A model generated the notes under the pieces. It worked only from the letters and a program-made list of their open reading frames with translations, made no database searches and was not told the DNA's origin. DNA of 64,000 bases from Fibrobacterales bacterium (GTDB lineage Bacteria; Fibrobacterota; Fibrobacteria; Fibrobacterales; JAOPTW01), in contig JAOPTW010000006.1 in assembly GCA_051532035.1 (NCBI GenBank), positions 64,001 through 128,000 of the forward strand. The letters are read 5' to 3'. The position numbers and the translations under genes were made by a program. This document shows, piece after piece, positions 1-11,124 of the stretch; the first letter of the stretch is position 1; each line of letters starts with the position of its first letter.

Positions 1-1526
1 CTCTTCTGAAAACCTTCTATCGCCTCGACTCTCAGTACTAACATGCACCCCATAAAGAGTATGAGCAGACCAATGCCGCCACCAATGGTTTTAACGGCAA
101 GTAAGAGCTTTCCTGATTGACTGGAAAAAGCAAAATCATAATAAAAGGAACCGAGAATATACAGCCCAATTGCAGGCACCACTACTTTAAGGAGGGTTAC
201 CGCTGAGGACCAATAGACTCTATCGGGGTAGATAATGAGCCATGTCACAATGAGGACAACAAATTGAGCTACCGACAGTAACGCTGAAATCAGAGGAATT
301 TTTATAATTCCCAATGAATCAGGCACTATTGAATAGAGCGGAAGTGAGGCAAAAAAGAGCCCTAATGTAATAAATGAGGGAAGCCATGTTCGTTTATCTG
401 CATAAAAGGGGCGCACTACCAAGAGTTGCGCCGACATTGGTACTGCCGCAATAAGATAATACCGCAAGGCCTTTGCAGTCTCTTCTACTTCATTAAATCG
501 ACCATAATGATAGACCAGCTCTATCACTGGATCTGCAAACAGGTAAAGAATAACTACTGAGGGAATAAGTAACGCAAATACTTTATCAAGAGTCCTTGCT
601 GCAAGTTGGTTCACTGCGCAATAATTAGATTCACTACAGAGATGCGCCATATGGGGATAAGAGGCCACACTGATTGCCATACCAAAGACCCCGACAATGA
701 CCATTGCTATGCGGAGTGCATACCCTAGGATTGCTACACTATTAGAATTATCCATGCCAAAGTAGCGATAAACAAATTCATTTGAAAAGGTCATTCCTGC
801 AGCGACAATAAATGGAAGAGACAGGAGGATATACTGTTTAACAATAGGGTCCCGCAACGATATTCGCATTGTTAATACAATACCTGATTTTCTCGCTCCA
901 AAAAACTGCAACAGACCACTTCCGAGTGCTGCTCCTACGAGCACTCCCCAACAAAAGCCCTCAAGACCATTACCACCCAGGCTAAAAAGACCACCAATAA
1001 TTATTGAACTATTATAAATCAGCGGTGCAAGGGCAGGGAGTGCGTATGAGTACTGGGCATGTTGAACACCTATAAAGAGGCCCCCGGCGACAAAGAAGAG
1101 TTGTCCAAAAATGATAATTTTCGTATAGGTCACTGCCAGAGCAAGTGTTTCGGCAGGCATTGGTTTATCACTCAAATAAGGGAGTAATTGATCGGCATAG
1201 ATCCAACAGAGAGTTGAAAACACCAACATAATTCCACTAATAATAAAGAAAATATTTGAAAATGTTTGAGATGCCTCTTTCTGTTTGCCTTCTTTAAAAA
1301 GCGGCAAAATAAGTGGCACTAGGGTAATGGAGAGATAGCCACTTGCTAAAAAGTGATTTAAAAGATCAGGAAGGAGAAATGCAAAATTGTATGCATCTAC
1401 TTCCGATGATGCACCGCCCACATAAGCGAGTAACCAGTTCCGTACGAGTCCGAGTACCCTACTCAATAAAATTGAGAGAGTAATAATTGCCGTACCTTTT
1501 GCAATACTTGTTGGTTTAGGGCTCAT
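1..1526 (-). CDS. murJ: Lipid II flippase MurJ/MviN (3' end runs off window)
   Basis: Not in the ORF track because it is truncated. Manual translation from ATG at 1526 gives MSPKPTSIAKGTAIITLSILLSRVLGLVRNWLLAYVGGASSEVDAYNFAFLLPDLL, the typical MurJ N-terminus (SRxLGxxR, DAYxxAFxxP). Hydrophobic throughout. Confidence 0.9.
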   Translation of the reverse strand, partial: MSPKPTSIAKGTAIITLSILLSRVLGLVRNWLLAYVGGASSEVDAYNFAFLLPDLLNHFLASGYLSITLVPLILPLFKEGKQKEASQTFSNIFFIISGIMLVFSTLCWIYADQLLPYLSDKPMPAETLALAVTYTKIIIFGQLFFVAGGLFIGVQHAQYSYALPALAPLIYNSSIIIGGLFSLGGNGLEGFCWGVLVGAALGSGLLQFFGARKSGIVLTMRISLRDPIVKQYILLSLPFIVAAGMTFSNEFVYRYFGMDNSNSVAILGYALRIAMVIVGVFGMAISVASYPHMAHLCSESNYCAVNQLAARTLDKVFALLIPSVVILYLFADPVIELVYHYGRFNEVEETAKALRYYLIAAVPMSAQLLVVRPFYADKRTWLPSFITLGLFFASLPLYSIVPDSLGIIKIPLISALLSVAQFVVLIVTWLIIYPDRVYWSSAVTLLKVVVPAIGLYILGSFYYDFAFSSQSGKLLLAVKTIGGGIGLLILFMGCMLVLRVEAIEGFQK

Positions 1527-1529
1527 AGC

Positions 1530-2333
1530 CTACAGTAATACCTTTGAGGTAGTAAACCCAGCGATAAGAATTGCTATCATTGATGCTACTACTGCTGCTT
1601 TTGTCGCTTTACCAACTCCCACCGCCCCATTTGTTGCAGTATACCCAAAATAACAGCCAAAACTTGCGATAAAGAAGCCAAATATGAGACTTTTGGTCAG
1701 TCCCACAGCAAGATCGCCATTGGTATAAAAAAGACGTACCCCGTAAAAAAACATATCGAAGCTTATCCCTTTAAAATGAGAAACAGCATATCCACCTAAA
1801 ATTGCAATGAATGAGGAGAGAACAGTTAAGACCGGAAGCATGATCAACGTAGCAACTAGTCGCGGTGCAAGAAGAAAGCGGAATGGATTAAGCGCCAAAC
1901 AATGCATTGCATCGAGTTGTTCAGTTACTGCCATAGTGCCTATTTCTGCACACATAGCCGCACCAATGCGTCCGGCAAGTACCATACCAGTGAGCATAGG
2001 CCCGAGCTCAAGCATAACTGACTTACCTACCGCCATTCCCACATAAGTCAGAGGAATCATATCGGCAAATTGATAAGCCATCTGCCATGCAGTGACCGCA
2101 CCCGTGAAGACAGAAGTAGTCAATACGAGGGGGATGGAAGTGATACCTATTGCGTACATCTGTTCTACCGTTAGGTGAAAATTGAAAATCACCATATGTA
2201 CATTCATTAACAGGTTTTTTATAAATGAAAAGTAACTATACAGACGACCAAGGAGCCCTCTGACATTTGAGCCAAGCATGATAGCCAGCTCATCAAGTAT
2301 AAATGGTTTTGCTTCTTGCACTACAGTACCCAT
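1530..2333 (-). CDS. mlaE: MlaE family ABC transporter permease
   Basis: Motifs ELGPMLTGMVLAGRIGAAMCAEIGTMAVTEQLDA, LAPRLVA, GAVGVGKATKAAVV. Confidence 0.92.
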   Translation of the reverse strand: MGTVVQEAKPFILDELAIMLGSNVRGLLGRLYSYFSFIKNLLMNVHMVIFNFHLTVEQMYAIGITSIPLVLTTSVFTGAVTAWQMAYQFADMIPLTYVGMAVGKSVMLELGPMLTGMVLAGRIGAAMCAEIGTMAVTEQLDAMHCLALNPFRFLLAPRLVATLIMLPVLTVLSSFIAILGGYAVSHFKGISFDMFFYGVRLFYTNGDLAVGLTKSLIFGFFIASFGCYFGYTATNGAVGVGKATKAAVVASMIAILIAGFTTSKVLL

Positions 2334-2382
2334 CCTCTATCTACGAAACAATGTAGCAATGTCCATTTTAGTTGCATAGGGA

Positions 2383-3231
2383 TCATTTTGCACCATCTTT
2401 TAAAACCGGACGAATTATCCCGTATAAAATGATAATAATCCCCCCTATTTTAAGCACACCAACAGGCTCCCCAAATGCAGTAAAACCAGCAATAACCGGA
2501 AGAACCATACCCAGAGCCGCGGAATAGGCCACAAGAATCGTCGCACGCCCATGCGCAAAACCAAACTGAAACAAAATGAATGCAGCCACAAAAAACAGGC
2601 CATGAAGCCACAGATAATATTGCGAGATCAATGTCATTAAATAGGATACAATAGTATCGAGGGAATCGATAGTCATAGCATCAAAACCAGATGCAGGAAC
2701 AACATAGGAAGAGGCCTTTAGTGTAATTGCCGCAAGACCAAAAGCAAAACCCGATACAAGGGCATAGCGAAGCTCCTTGTTTTTTAAAGAAAAAAGTGTT
2801 CCCATCGTTACCACAAGAACCGCAATAAGAACATTTGTCGCACCCTCATCAAACGAAGCTGCCGATGAATCCGAAACAATACCAAGGATCAGCACCCCTG
2901 CAATGACCAAAGCTGTTGCTTCGAGTGCAGAGCGATCGAGCCGCTCTTTTAAGAAAAGAAAGGCTAAAAAACCAGTCACGATTGGGTTTAATGACATAAC
3001 TGGTTGCACAAGGGTAATACCCCAATGAGGATTGACCAGCGCATAATTATAAAGCATAGTGCCTGCAGCGCCACATGAAACACCCAACAGCCAAAAGGGG
3101 CTTTTCAGAAGAGCAATTACAGGATGAGATAAAGCCTTGTGAGCCTCTTGCCTTATCTGATGCCCTTTTTTCTGTAATATATTTCCAAAACCGAGAAGGA
3201 GCACCGCACCAAGCGCGACCACAAAGGCCAT
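2383..3231 (-). CDS. DMT/EamA-like membrane transporter
   Basis: Multiple hydrophobic helices; LVQPVMSLNPIV..FLKERL and FGEP motifs of the DMT superfamily. Confidence 0.7.
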   Translation of the reverse strand: MAFVVALGAVLLLGFGNILQKKGHQIRQEAHKALSHPVIALLKSPFWLLGVSCGAAGTMLYNYALVNPHWGITLVQPVMSLNPIVTGFLAFLFLKERLDRSALEATALVIAGVLILGIVSDSSAASFDEGATNVLIAVLVVTMGTLFSLKNKELRYALVSGFAFGLAAITLKASSYVVPASGFDAMTIDSLDTIVSYLMTLISQYYLWLHGLFFVAAFILFQFGFAHGRATILVAYSAALGMVLPVIAGFTAFGEPVGVLKIGGIIIILYGIIRPVLKDGAK

Positions 3232-5573
3232 TATCGATTACCCCAGATCATTTGATAGGTCCAGTAATTACCCATCACCTTCTTAAGGTAATCGCGTGTC
3301 TCCCAATAAGAGATCTCTTCTACAAACATTTCAGTATCAAGATGACCATTATTCTTTTTCCACCGTTTTGTTGGCCGAGGACCTGCATTATAATTGGAGA
3401 GTACGAGATATTCATTATCCCACCGTTTCATAAGATCTCCAATGTAACGAATCCCCAGACGAATCGCGAGATAGGGATTAAAGAGTCGTTCAGGGTCAAA
3501 ATCTACAATATTCTCTCTACGCGCAAGCTCTTTACCTGTCGCGGGCATAATTTGCATAAGGCCATGAGCCCCGGCAAATGATTCAATATCACTATCAAAG
3601 ATTGACTCTTGCCGCATCAACGCCAACACAAAATAGGGCTCTACCTCCATTTTCTTTGCATGATACGTTACCTTATCAAAATAGGGTCTCAGATAGAGTA
3701 ACTCCATAAGAGGACGTGGTGAACTCATAAGTTCTCGGCGGTCTAAACGCCACGCCATCTGTCTCGATATTCTATAAGACTGGGCAATATTGCCATAACG
3801 CAAGAAAAGTTTAGAAAATTGATACATAAAGTCGAGACGGCCAACTTTTGATTTATAGATACGCTTATAGCGGAGTTCTGCTTCATCCCAACAACCGAGA
3901 GCAAGTAAGGTCTCTACTTGAAGGAGTTGGGTGGGGTCAATAACTGTTTTTTTGTTTTGCTGATTTTGCAACCACGCGATAGTCTCCTCTTCAGTATACT
4001 CCAAAAGAGAAATTGACGGTATAGAGTCTTCTATCATGAGGGAATCATTAATGAGATAGTGCCGCGCTCTATGGGCATAAAACCCTACAGGATAATCTTT
4101 AATGGTTTTTAAAAACCAGTTCTGAGCCTCACGCCTTTTGTTGAGTTTTAAATATGCTTTCCCAAGATAGAAGCGAGATGCAGCTGCGGGCCACAACAGG
4201 TCATGATTTTTAATAACTTTTTTAAACTGTTTAATTGCCGATTTCAATCGACCCCTCTTAAACTCCACATACCCTTTTCTAAAACCGATCCATTTGCCTC
4301 TTTTAGTATCATATTTTGATGGAGGGAACTGGTTATAGGCTTTGATAGCTTGTGCGAGTTTATTATCCTGTTCAAGTTCAAATCCCTTCGTCCACTTAAT
4401 TTCCAAGGCTTTAGTATGCTTAGGAAATCGTTTAGAAAACTGAGTATACCAATAGTTAGCGCTCTTTTTCTGATCAAGAGACCTATAAGAACGTGCTAAA
4501 TTAAGATAGTCATTTGCTGTAGCCTGTTTTCGTGCTTTTTTAACAAGCCATTTATAGAGAGTAATTGCCTTAGAATATTGAGAAGTCTTTCTATAACTAA
4601 ACGCAAGTTTTCTATTAAACGATACCTTCGTTGCCCACTTGGGCTTGCGCTTAAGCAATGTTTTTAGATGAGCAATCGCTACGGTGTAATTTCTGAGTTT
4701 AAACTCAGTTTCTGCGAGAGTACTTTGTAAATAAAAATTATCACTCTTGCTTTTATAACCATCAGTCATTGCACTGTAGGCCCACTTGAGCAATGATTGA
4801 TTATCAGTTCCCTTGAGAATCACATAACAGAGTGAGTCTCCTGTAGCCTCAAACCCCTGAGCGAAAGCGATATGTACTTCTTCCTTCAAAAGAAGATATT
4901 TATTATACGCACGCTTTGGATCAAGACCCTGAATAATAGTGATGAGTGAATCTTTTTGTATGAGAAAATCTTCGTACTCAGCAAGAGTATCATTGCTCCA
5001 GAAATGTTCACTACTTATTGTTGATGCTAGAAACGTTGCAGTCTTTGAGAGTTCATCCACTACCTTATTTTTTAACTCAGTTGAAGAAAACTGGTGATAA
5101 TAGTTTTTGAGCACAGTAAAGGCCATCCGATATTCTCTGAGTGCAAAGTAAGAACGATACAGATAAAGAATCGCCAACTCTCTATAGGCCTCACTATACA
5201 CAATGCTTCTCTCGAAATGGGTTAATGCCTCACGATACTGCTGTATTCGAAACTTGCGCATCCCTGTAATAAACATTTCTGCAAGTGGATCAATTTTGGC
5301 AAGTTCATTGAGTGATTGAGTATCGACCTGTGCATGCCAATAACTCTTCTTAAAAGCATCAGCCGAGAGGAGGAGGGTATCAACAACAACCGGTTGTACT
5401 ACCATATTTTTTTCAGCGGAACTTACAGAACTATTTTGAGGGGCCGTTACTGACTCGATAACGTTATCCGTTGTCGAATCGGGAGATGCAACAAAGCTTT
5501 CACCAACAGGAATCCCTGTTGTTGCAAAGGCATACGCCATTAATAGAAATACTACAATCCCCATTCGGACCAT
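3231..5573 (-). CDS. Soluble lytic transglycosylase (Slt-like) with TPR-like helical N-terminal region
   Basis: Signal peptide, helical repeats, and C-terminal SLT motifs MRQES, GLMQIM, YNAGP, ETRDY. Confidence 0.88.
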   Translation of the reverse strand: MVRMGIVVFLLMAYAFATTGIPVGESFVASPDSTTDNVIESVTAPQNSSVSSAEKNMVVQPVVVDTLLLSADAFKKSYWHAQVDTQSLNELAKIDPLAEMFITGMRKFRIQQYREALTHFERSIVYSEAYRELAILYLYRSYFALREYRMAFTVLKNYYHQFSSTELKNKVVDELSKTATFLASTISSEHFWSNDTLAEYEDFLIQKDSLITIIQGLDPKRAYNKYLLLKEEVHIAFAQGFEATGDSLCYVILKGTDNQSLLKWAYSAMTDGYKSKSDNFYLQSTLAETEFKLRNYTVAIAHLKTLLKRKPKWATKVSFNRKLAFSYRKTSQYSKAITLYKWLVKKARKQATANDYLNLARSYRSLDQKKSANYWYTQFSKRFPKHTKALEIKWTKGFELEQDNKLAQAIKAYNQFPPSKYDTKRGKWIGFRKGYVEFKRGRLKSAIKQFKKVIKNHDLLWPAAASRFYLGKAYLKLNKRREAQNWFLKTIKDYPVGFYAHRARHYLINDSLMIEDSIPSISLLEYTEEETIAWLQNQQNKKTVIDPTQLLQVETLLALGCWDEAELRYKRIYKSKVGRLDFMYQFSKLFLRYGNIAQSYRISRQMAWRLDRRELMSSPRPLMELLYLRPYFDKVTYHAKKMEVEPYFVLALMRQESIFDSDIESFAGAHGLMQIMPATGKELARRENIVDFDPERLFNPYLAIRLGIRYIGDLMKRWDNEYLVLSNYNAGPRPTKRWKKNNGHLDTEMFVEEISYWETRDYLKKVMGNYWTYQMIWGNR

Positions 5574-5592
5574 TAAGAGTTCTCCACCTTTA

Positions 5593-7380
5593 TTATATTT
5601 CGACAGTTGTAACTATTCCTAACTGAGAAAACTTCTCTGCCAACTCTTCGTACAGTGTCGAGTGTATCTCATCTGCAGTACAGAGTTGCAACACTCTATT
5701 TGCAAGTTCGAGTGAATCTGAATATGATATTGACCGTACCACTTTTTTACACTCAAGAATTGCATTTGCAGTCATAGAGAGTTCATCTACTCCCATTCCC
5801 AATAATAGCGGAACAGCATAAGGGTCTGATGCCATCTCGCCACACACCGAAACCGTAATACCATTTTTATGACACGCATTAACCACTTTACGAATCATTC
5901 GTACTACTGATGGGTGAAAGGCATCGTATAAAAATTTTATCTTCTCGTTAGACCGATCTACTGCAAGGGTAAATTGGATCAAATCATTGGTGCCAATACT
6001 GACAAAATCAACTTCTAGTGACAATTCATGAATCAACTCAACTGCAGAAGGTATCTCTACCATAGTACCCACAGGAATTGATTCGTTAAAAGGGGTCCCA
6101 GCGTCTCTCAGCTCCTGACGAGCCTCTTCAAGAAGGCGTTTTGCCTCACGAAGCTCTTTGAGCCCCGAGATCATCGGAAACATAATTTTTAAATTACCAA
6201 ACTTACTTGAGCGCAGTAAGGCGCGAAGCTGAATTTTGAAAAACTCTGGTTGATCAAGGCAGACCCGAATTGAACGCCAACCCATTACTGGATTATCTTC
6301 ATCAGTAAGGTTGAGATCTTGAACCAGTTTATCACCACCAGAATCAAGTGTCCGGATAGTAACCGGTTTAGGACTCATATTTTCAAGGAGATGTTTATAA
6401 GCATAGAATTGATCATCTTCACTTGGGTTAGGCTGATCAAAATAGAGGAACTCAGATCGAAAGAGACCTACTCCATTAGCTCCATACTCCTGTACATCAT
6501 GAGCATCAATAGGCTGAACTACATTAGCATAGAGATTAATATACTTGCCATCAGAAGTGATAGGATCAAGCCCTGCCTCTTTATGAAGATCTTCATCGTG
6601 CTTTTTAAGTTTGTTCTTGCGCTCTGTATAGGTCTCAATATCATTGTCATCAGGATTGATAATAACCAATCCCCGAACACCATCAACGATAACATAGTCA
6701 CCGTTACGCACCATGAAGGATAAATTTTTAAGTCCCGACACAGCAGGGAGCTGCATAGAGCGAGCTAAAATTGCAACATGAGAGTTTTTACCCCCGATAT
6801 CGGTAGAAAACCCCAGAGTAAAATCACGATTTAGGTGGGTAAGTTGTGAGGGTGTAAGCTCATGACTCACAACAATAGCCTCTTGATTGATTACCGAAAT
6901 ATCCGAATCATCATCAAGACTACCAAAATTACTTAAAACCCTATTAAAAACATCGCGCAAATCACTCACTTTCTCTTTAGCAATCTCGCTCTCTTTTTGC
7001 TCAAACATACCTATGAGAGTTTGCATATACGTTTGATAGGCAAACTCTGCATTCTTTTTCTCTGATCTGATGATGCTTATCACATTATCGATAAGGGTAC
7101 TATCTTGGAGAATCATAATATGCGTAGAGAAAATCCGCGACTCTTCTGCCCCGAGGGTCTGAGTAATCTGAGCTTTAAGAGTTGTTAATTCTTTTATGGA
7201 CTTTGCAACAGCATATTTAAATGTAGAGATTTCGAATGCAACGTCTCCAATTTCAATGGTACGTTCTTCAACAGTTGAAACTTTCGTTTTCAATAGATGA
7301 ACCGGCCCCATGGTAATCCCAGGAGATGCTGCTACTCCGTAGAGTAACACTCGCTTTCTTTTTTTAAATACCTTACTCAT
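5593..7380 (-). CDS. ptsI: PTS enzyme I (PEP-protein phosphotransferase)
   Basis: SHVAILAR (phospho-His), GLFRSEF, SIGTNDL, VCGEMA. Start placed at ATG 7380, which overlaps the ptsH stop. Confidence 0.93.
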   Translation of the reverse strand: MSKVFKKRKRVLLYGVAASPGITMGPVHLLKTKVSTVEERTIEIGDVAFEISTFKYAVAKSIKELTTLKAQITQTLGAEESRIFSTHIMILQDSTLIDNVISIIRSEKKNAEFAYQTYMQTLIGMFEQKESEIAKEKVSDLRDVFNRVLSNFGSLDDDSDISVINQEAIVVSHELTPSQLTHLNRDFTLGFSTDIGGKNSHVAILARSMQLPAVSGLKNLSFMVRNGDYVIVDGVRGLVIINPDDNDIETYTERKNKLKKHDEDLHKEAGLDPITSDGKYINLYANVVQPIDAHDVQEYGANGVGLFRSEFLYFDQPNPSEDDQFYAYKHLLENMSPKPVTIRTLDSGGDKLVQDLNLTDEDNPVMGWRSIRVCLDQPEFFKIQLRALLRSSKFGNLKIMFPMISGLKELREAKRLLEEARQELRDAGTPFNESIPVGTMVEIPSAVELIHELSLEVDFVSIGTNDLIQFTLAVDRSNEKIKFLYDAFHPSVVRMIRKVVNACHKNGITVSVCGEMASDPYAVPLLLGMGVDELSMTANAILECKKVVRSISYSDSLELANRVLQLCTADEIHSTLYEELAEKFSQLGIVTTVEI

Positions 7381-7642
7381 CTTCGTTAAACTTGTCCTTA
7401 AATATTTTTTGCAAATTGGCGAAAGTCTCTTCTTGATTTTCCCCATCGAGTTCTACGTCTATTACTGCACCAGGTTCAATTGCAAGCATCATAATATTAA
7501 GAATACTTTTCGCATTTACTCTGGTGTTATTATAGTTAAAAAAGACTTCTCCAATTGATCGTGAAGTCACATCAACAATCATTGAGGCTGGGCGGGCATG
7601 TATACCCAATTTATTCTGTACAATTAAGGTCTCTTTCATCAT
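7373..7642 (-). CDS. ptsH: Phosphocarrier protein HPr
   Basis: LGIHARPA (His15) and NAKSIL (Ser46 site). Confidence 0.93.
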   Translation of the reverse strand: MMKETLIVQNKLGIHARPASMIVDVTSRSIGEVFFNYNNTRVNAKSILNIMMLAIEPGAVIDVELDGENQEETFANLQKIFKDKFNEDE

Positions 7643-7657
7643 ATAGTATTGTTTCTT

Positions 7658-8575
7658 TTAAAAAATGTCAACGTTTACATCGAGCCCATCATCTATGATC
7701 ACATTAAAGAGTGAGTCAGTGGAGATGAGGGTTGTATTTAATTTATTATAAAAGGCAGTATCATTGAGCATCGCTCCTACAGTATTATCAGTAGCTTGCA
7801 GCTTTCCTGATAGTGCTAACAAGCGATTAGTCAAGGAGTCAACCTTGGTCAAGAGGACTTTTGTTTTCGTCGTACTCTCGGTGGTCTGTGTAAGGAGCGT
7901 TTCAAGACTCCCCATGTTATTATCTAAAAATTGGTTTACTTTTACCGACGCTCGCTTTAGATTGCCCAAACTACTCTGAAGTACCGGATCAGTATCATCA
8001 ATCATTACCTCAAGTCTATCTTCGAGTCGCTCAGCCTTAGCAAAAATCGATTTGAAACTCTCTTTAAATCGATCATTTGCAACTGTCGAATCAAGGACCT
8101 CTTTAACCACTTTCAGAAGTACTGCGGTTGAATCAAATACCACTCCAGCATACCCCATAACTTCTGCAATACCCGCATCAAATTGCCCTTCAATTTGAGC
8201 TCCTTTTTCGAGGTACTCTGGTGAATCACCCAGGCTAATCACCACCTGACGTTCTCCCATAAGGCCAATATTACGTACTCTAAAATCTGAATTATCAGGG
8301 ATGCGAATGCTGTCAACCACATCGAGGGTTACCAGTACTTTTCTACTCGCTTGATGGAGTGCAATATGTGAAACCTTTCCACTTTTTACCCCATTAACTT
8401 TTATGGGGTCACCAGGCTGCAATGTACTCACCTGTTCAAACATTACGAAATACTGTACTTTGGTCTCTCGAGGATCTTGCTCATCGAGAAACATTATTCC
8501 GAAAACCAGAATAATCAGTGCAACAATAAGCACCAAACCAACTACAAAATATTTACTCTTATCACTTGTTTTCAT
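7658..8575 (-). CDS. MlaD/MCE family protein
   Basis: N-terminal TM helix, LQPGDPIKVNGVKSGKV, GLMGE, C-terminal coiled coil. Confidence 0.88.
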   Translation of the reverse strand: MKTSDKSKYFVVGLVLIVALIILVFGIMFLDEQDPRETKVQYFVMFEQVSTLQPGDPIKVNGVKSGKVSHIALHQASRKVLVTLDVVDSIRIPDNSDFRVRNIGLMGERQVVISLGDSPEYLEKGAQIEGQFDAGIAEVMGYAGVVFDSTAVLLKVVKEVLDSTVANDRFKESFKSIFAKAERLEDRLEVMIDDTDPVLQSSLGNLKRASVKVNQFLDNNMGSLETLLTQTTESTTKTKVLLTKVDSLTNRLLALSGKLQATDNTVGAMLNDTAFYNKLNTTLISTDSLFNVIIDDGLDVNVDIF

Positions 8576-8626
8576 AGATTACTCTCAAACAACCAACACA
8601 ACGTCAGCCCATACCCTAAATGTAAT

Positions 8627-9517
8627 TCAAAAATCGACATTAATTGTCAATTCTTGCGCTAAAATCACATCTTTCACCTTAAAAGCACTTACTTTGAGGC
8701 TCTCAATGTTTTTGCGAAAACGGGGGTCATACAATGCTTTGCCAAGGCTATTCTGCTGTGTCACTGTCTTGTTTTTCTCTTGTTCTACCAGATCCGAAAG
8801 ACTCCCTAGCTTTTCTAAAAGAAGCTCGCTATTCTGTAATATCTGATTTATATCTTCTGAGACTATTTCATGATCAAATTGTGCAATCTGAACCTCTATA
8901 GAGTTCAGCCCATACTCTATAGACTCAATAGTCGAGACTATTGTGAGCTCACTTTTCTGAGCAACATGGCTCCCACGGTCAATTAATTGTTGCGCCTTAT
9001 ACTTTAATCGCCCTAAGCTCTGCTTTGATTCATCACTAAACACAACTGAATCTAAGGTAACCGTGAGTGTCTTAATCACCTCCTGTGTTTGACCAATCAG
9101 ATGTTTAGCCTGACGGGCAAGGCCCGAAGTTCCTTTGTCACTACTCGCATAAATTGTACTTCCAGGAGCATAAACTTCTTTACTTTCGCCAAGAAGCACC
9201 GCAAGTACTCGTTTTCCAAGGAGCCCATTATTCCGAATGAAAATCTTTGAATCTATGGGAATAACAATGCGCTCATCGATAACGGCATGAACCTGTATGT
9301 ATTCTCCTGCCTGCTCAAAGTCAATGACCGCCCCTTTAGCCAAACCATTGACGGTTACATCACTTCCCTTTGATAATGTGTGTATTTCAGTACTCAAAAT
9401 TGAGTACTCTGTCTGTCCAAATCGCGGGGAATTGGGATGGTACATAAGATAGAGAAATCCAGAAATGAATAGGAGCGTCGCAACACCCACATAAAATATG
9501 GTGTCATTCCTACTCAT
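8627..9517 (-). CDS. MlaD/MCE family protein (second copy)
   Basis: TM helix, LSKGSDVTVNGLAKG, GLLGK, coiled coil. C-terminus (LTINVDF) resembles the neighbour's (LDVNVDIF). Confidence 0.82.
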   Translation of the reverse strand: MSRNDTIFYVGVATLLFISGFLYLMYHPNSPRFGQTEYSILSTEIHTLSKGSDVTVNGLAKGAVIDFEQAGEYIQVHAVIDERIVIPIDSKIFIRNNGLLGKRVLAVLLGESKEVYAPGSTIYASSDKGTSGLARQAKHLIGQTQEVIKTLTVTLDSVVFSDESKQSLGRLKYKAQQLIDRGSHVAQKSELTIVSTIESIEYGLNSIEVQIAQFDHEIVSEDINQILQNSELLLEKLGSLSDLVEQEKNKTVTQQNSLGKALYDPRFRKNIESLKVSAFKVKDVILAQELTINVDF

Positions 9518-10538
9518 AAAAGTCTGTGCTATTCTCGTGGTCTATCGCCATATCATTATATGCATTGCTTTTTTTGGCTGCAATGATATCGATAAGCTTA
9601 TTATTAAATTCTGCGGCTGAATCTATGCCATTCATCTTCATCAACATATTCATGGCAATCACTTCTGATATGACCGTCATATTTTTACCCGGAGTTATGG
9701 GTATTTGCACGGTATTTACTGGAATACCCATAATTTGCCGTGTCGCATCACCCAACCCTGTCCGTTCATAGCTTGTTTCAGCATTCCAGAGTTGTAGATC
9801 AACGATAATCTCTACCTTTTTCACCTTACGAACTGCGTGAATACCAAACATCGATTTTATATCGATGATCCCCACTCCGCGAATCTCCATATGGTGATCA
9901 ATAATATTACTGCTTTTACCAATAATTGAATCGCCAATTCGAGTCAAGCGCACCGCATCATCAGCAACAAGTCTATGACCCCGTTCAACCAAATCAAGGG
10001 CACACTCACTTTTCCCAATATTACTTTGGCCAACATAGAGCATTCCTACCCCATATACATCTACCAGAGATGCGTGCACATTCACATATGGCGCAAACCA
10101 ATTCTCTAATATTTTTTGGAGTGACCTGATAAGAGTAATCGATGGTTTTTGACAACTCATTATAGGAATTTTAAGTTCGGAACACATCTCGACAAGTTCA
10201 ACATGCGCCGGTAGGTCATGGGTCACGATCCATAGCGGTGATGGATACTTTTTGAGACGATCAAAAATTTCCATGCGCCGATCTTTTCCTACAGACTCCA
10301 AATAGGACCATTCTGTAGTGCCAATAAGCTGAACTCGTTGATGAGTATAGACATCAAGAAAACCGGCCAGGGCCATCCCCGGGCGGTTAATATAGGGCTC
10401 AGTAATCTTAGAATCAAGAGTCTCAGCCCCATTTAATAATTGTAATTTGAATTCCTCTTGATAGCGCGTATAAAAATCTCGAACGAGATATTTTCGTTTA
10501 CACACTACCTCGAGGTTATCAAGAGCATTTTGTTTCAA
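9510..10538 (-). CDS. hprK: HPr(Ser) kinase/phosphorylase
   Basis: NRPGMALAG, Walker A GQSNIGKSE, LVADD, MEIRGVGII. Confidence 0.95.
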   Translation of the reverse strand: MKQNALDNLEVVCKRKYLVRDFYTRYQEEFKLQLLNGAETLDSKITEPYINRPGMALAGFLDVYTHQRVQLIGTTEWSYLESVGKDRRMEIFDRLKKYPSPLWIVTHDLPAHVELVEMCSELKIPIMSCQKPSITLIRSLQKILENWFAPYVNVHASLVDVYGVGMLYVGQSNIGKSECALDLVERGHRLVADDAVRLTRIGDSIIGKSSNIIDHHMEIRGVGIIDIKSMFGIHAVRKVKKVEIIVDLQLWNAETSYERTGLGDATRQIMGIPVNTVQIPITPGKNMTVISEVIAMNMLMKMNGIDSAAEFNNKLIDIIAAKKSNAYNDMAIDHENSTDFYE

Positions 10539-10546
10539 TGGTTGAC

Positions 10547-10867
10547 TTAACCCTCCACCATATCTGCAGTTGGATTCGCTTTATGTGATTTTAAAAGCTC
10601 ATTCTCTTTTTTTAGTTGGCGTTGCATCCGTTCGAGTACTTTTTCGACAGCTTTCCCCATATTCTCTTCTTCCGCTTTAGCCACAACTGTTTTATTAAGG
10701 ATATTTACCGTGATCTCAGCCGAACGTGAACTTTTATGTTGCTCAAGGATAACATGAGCATCGATAATATTGTTGTAAAACTGAGACAGAGCCTGAACAT
10801 CTGCGGTCATATTATCTTGCAGTTCTTGAGAAGCGTGAAAATGTCTGGCTGTAAATTGAACGTTCAT
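10547..10867 (-). CDS. hpf: Ribosome hibernation promoting factor / RaiA
   Basis: MNVQFTARH, RQLKK; canonical position after rpoN. Confidence 0.88.
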   Translation of the reverse strand: MNVQFTARHFHASQELQDNMTADVQALSQFYNNIIDAHVILEQHKSSRSAEITVNILNKTVVAKAEEENMGKAVEKVLERMQRQLKKENELLKSHKANPTADMVEG

Positions 10868-11124
10868 AGGTATTCTCCATTGTTATGTGAATGAGACCTC
10901 GTTTAAGTCATTAAGATTATGCAACTTAACACCACCTCATAGTACTAGTATACATTAGTTTTAAACTTTAAAAAAGTACTATTTTAATTTTTTTCCATCT
11001 TTAGAAACGTTTTGACAGTCACGGTATAAAGATCATACTTTTAAGGATGTATTCTCACAAAATGGTCAAATTATTGATTAAAGGGTCTCCCAAGGACTTA
11101 ATCAACCAACAACACCCACCCTGT

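Noticed and set aside
7381..7446. Longer ptsI N-terminus given by the ORF track
   Set aside because: It overlaps ptsH by 74 nt. The ATG at 7380, coupled to the ptsH stop, is more plausible.
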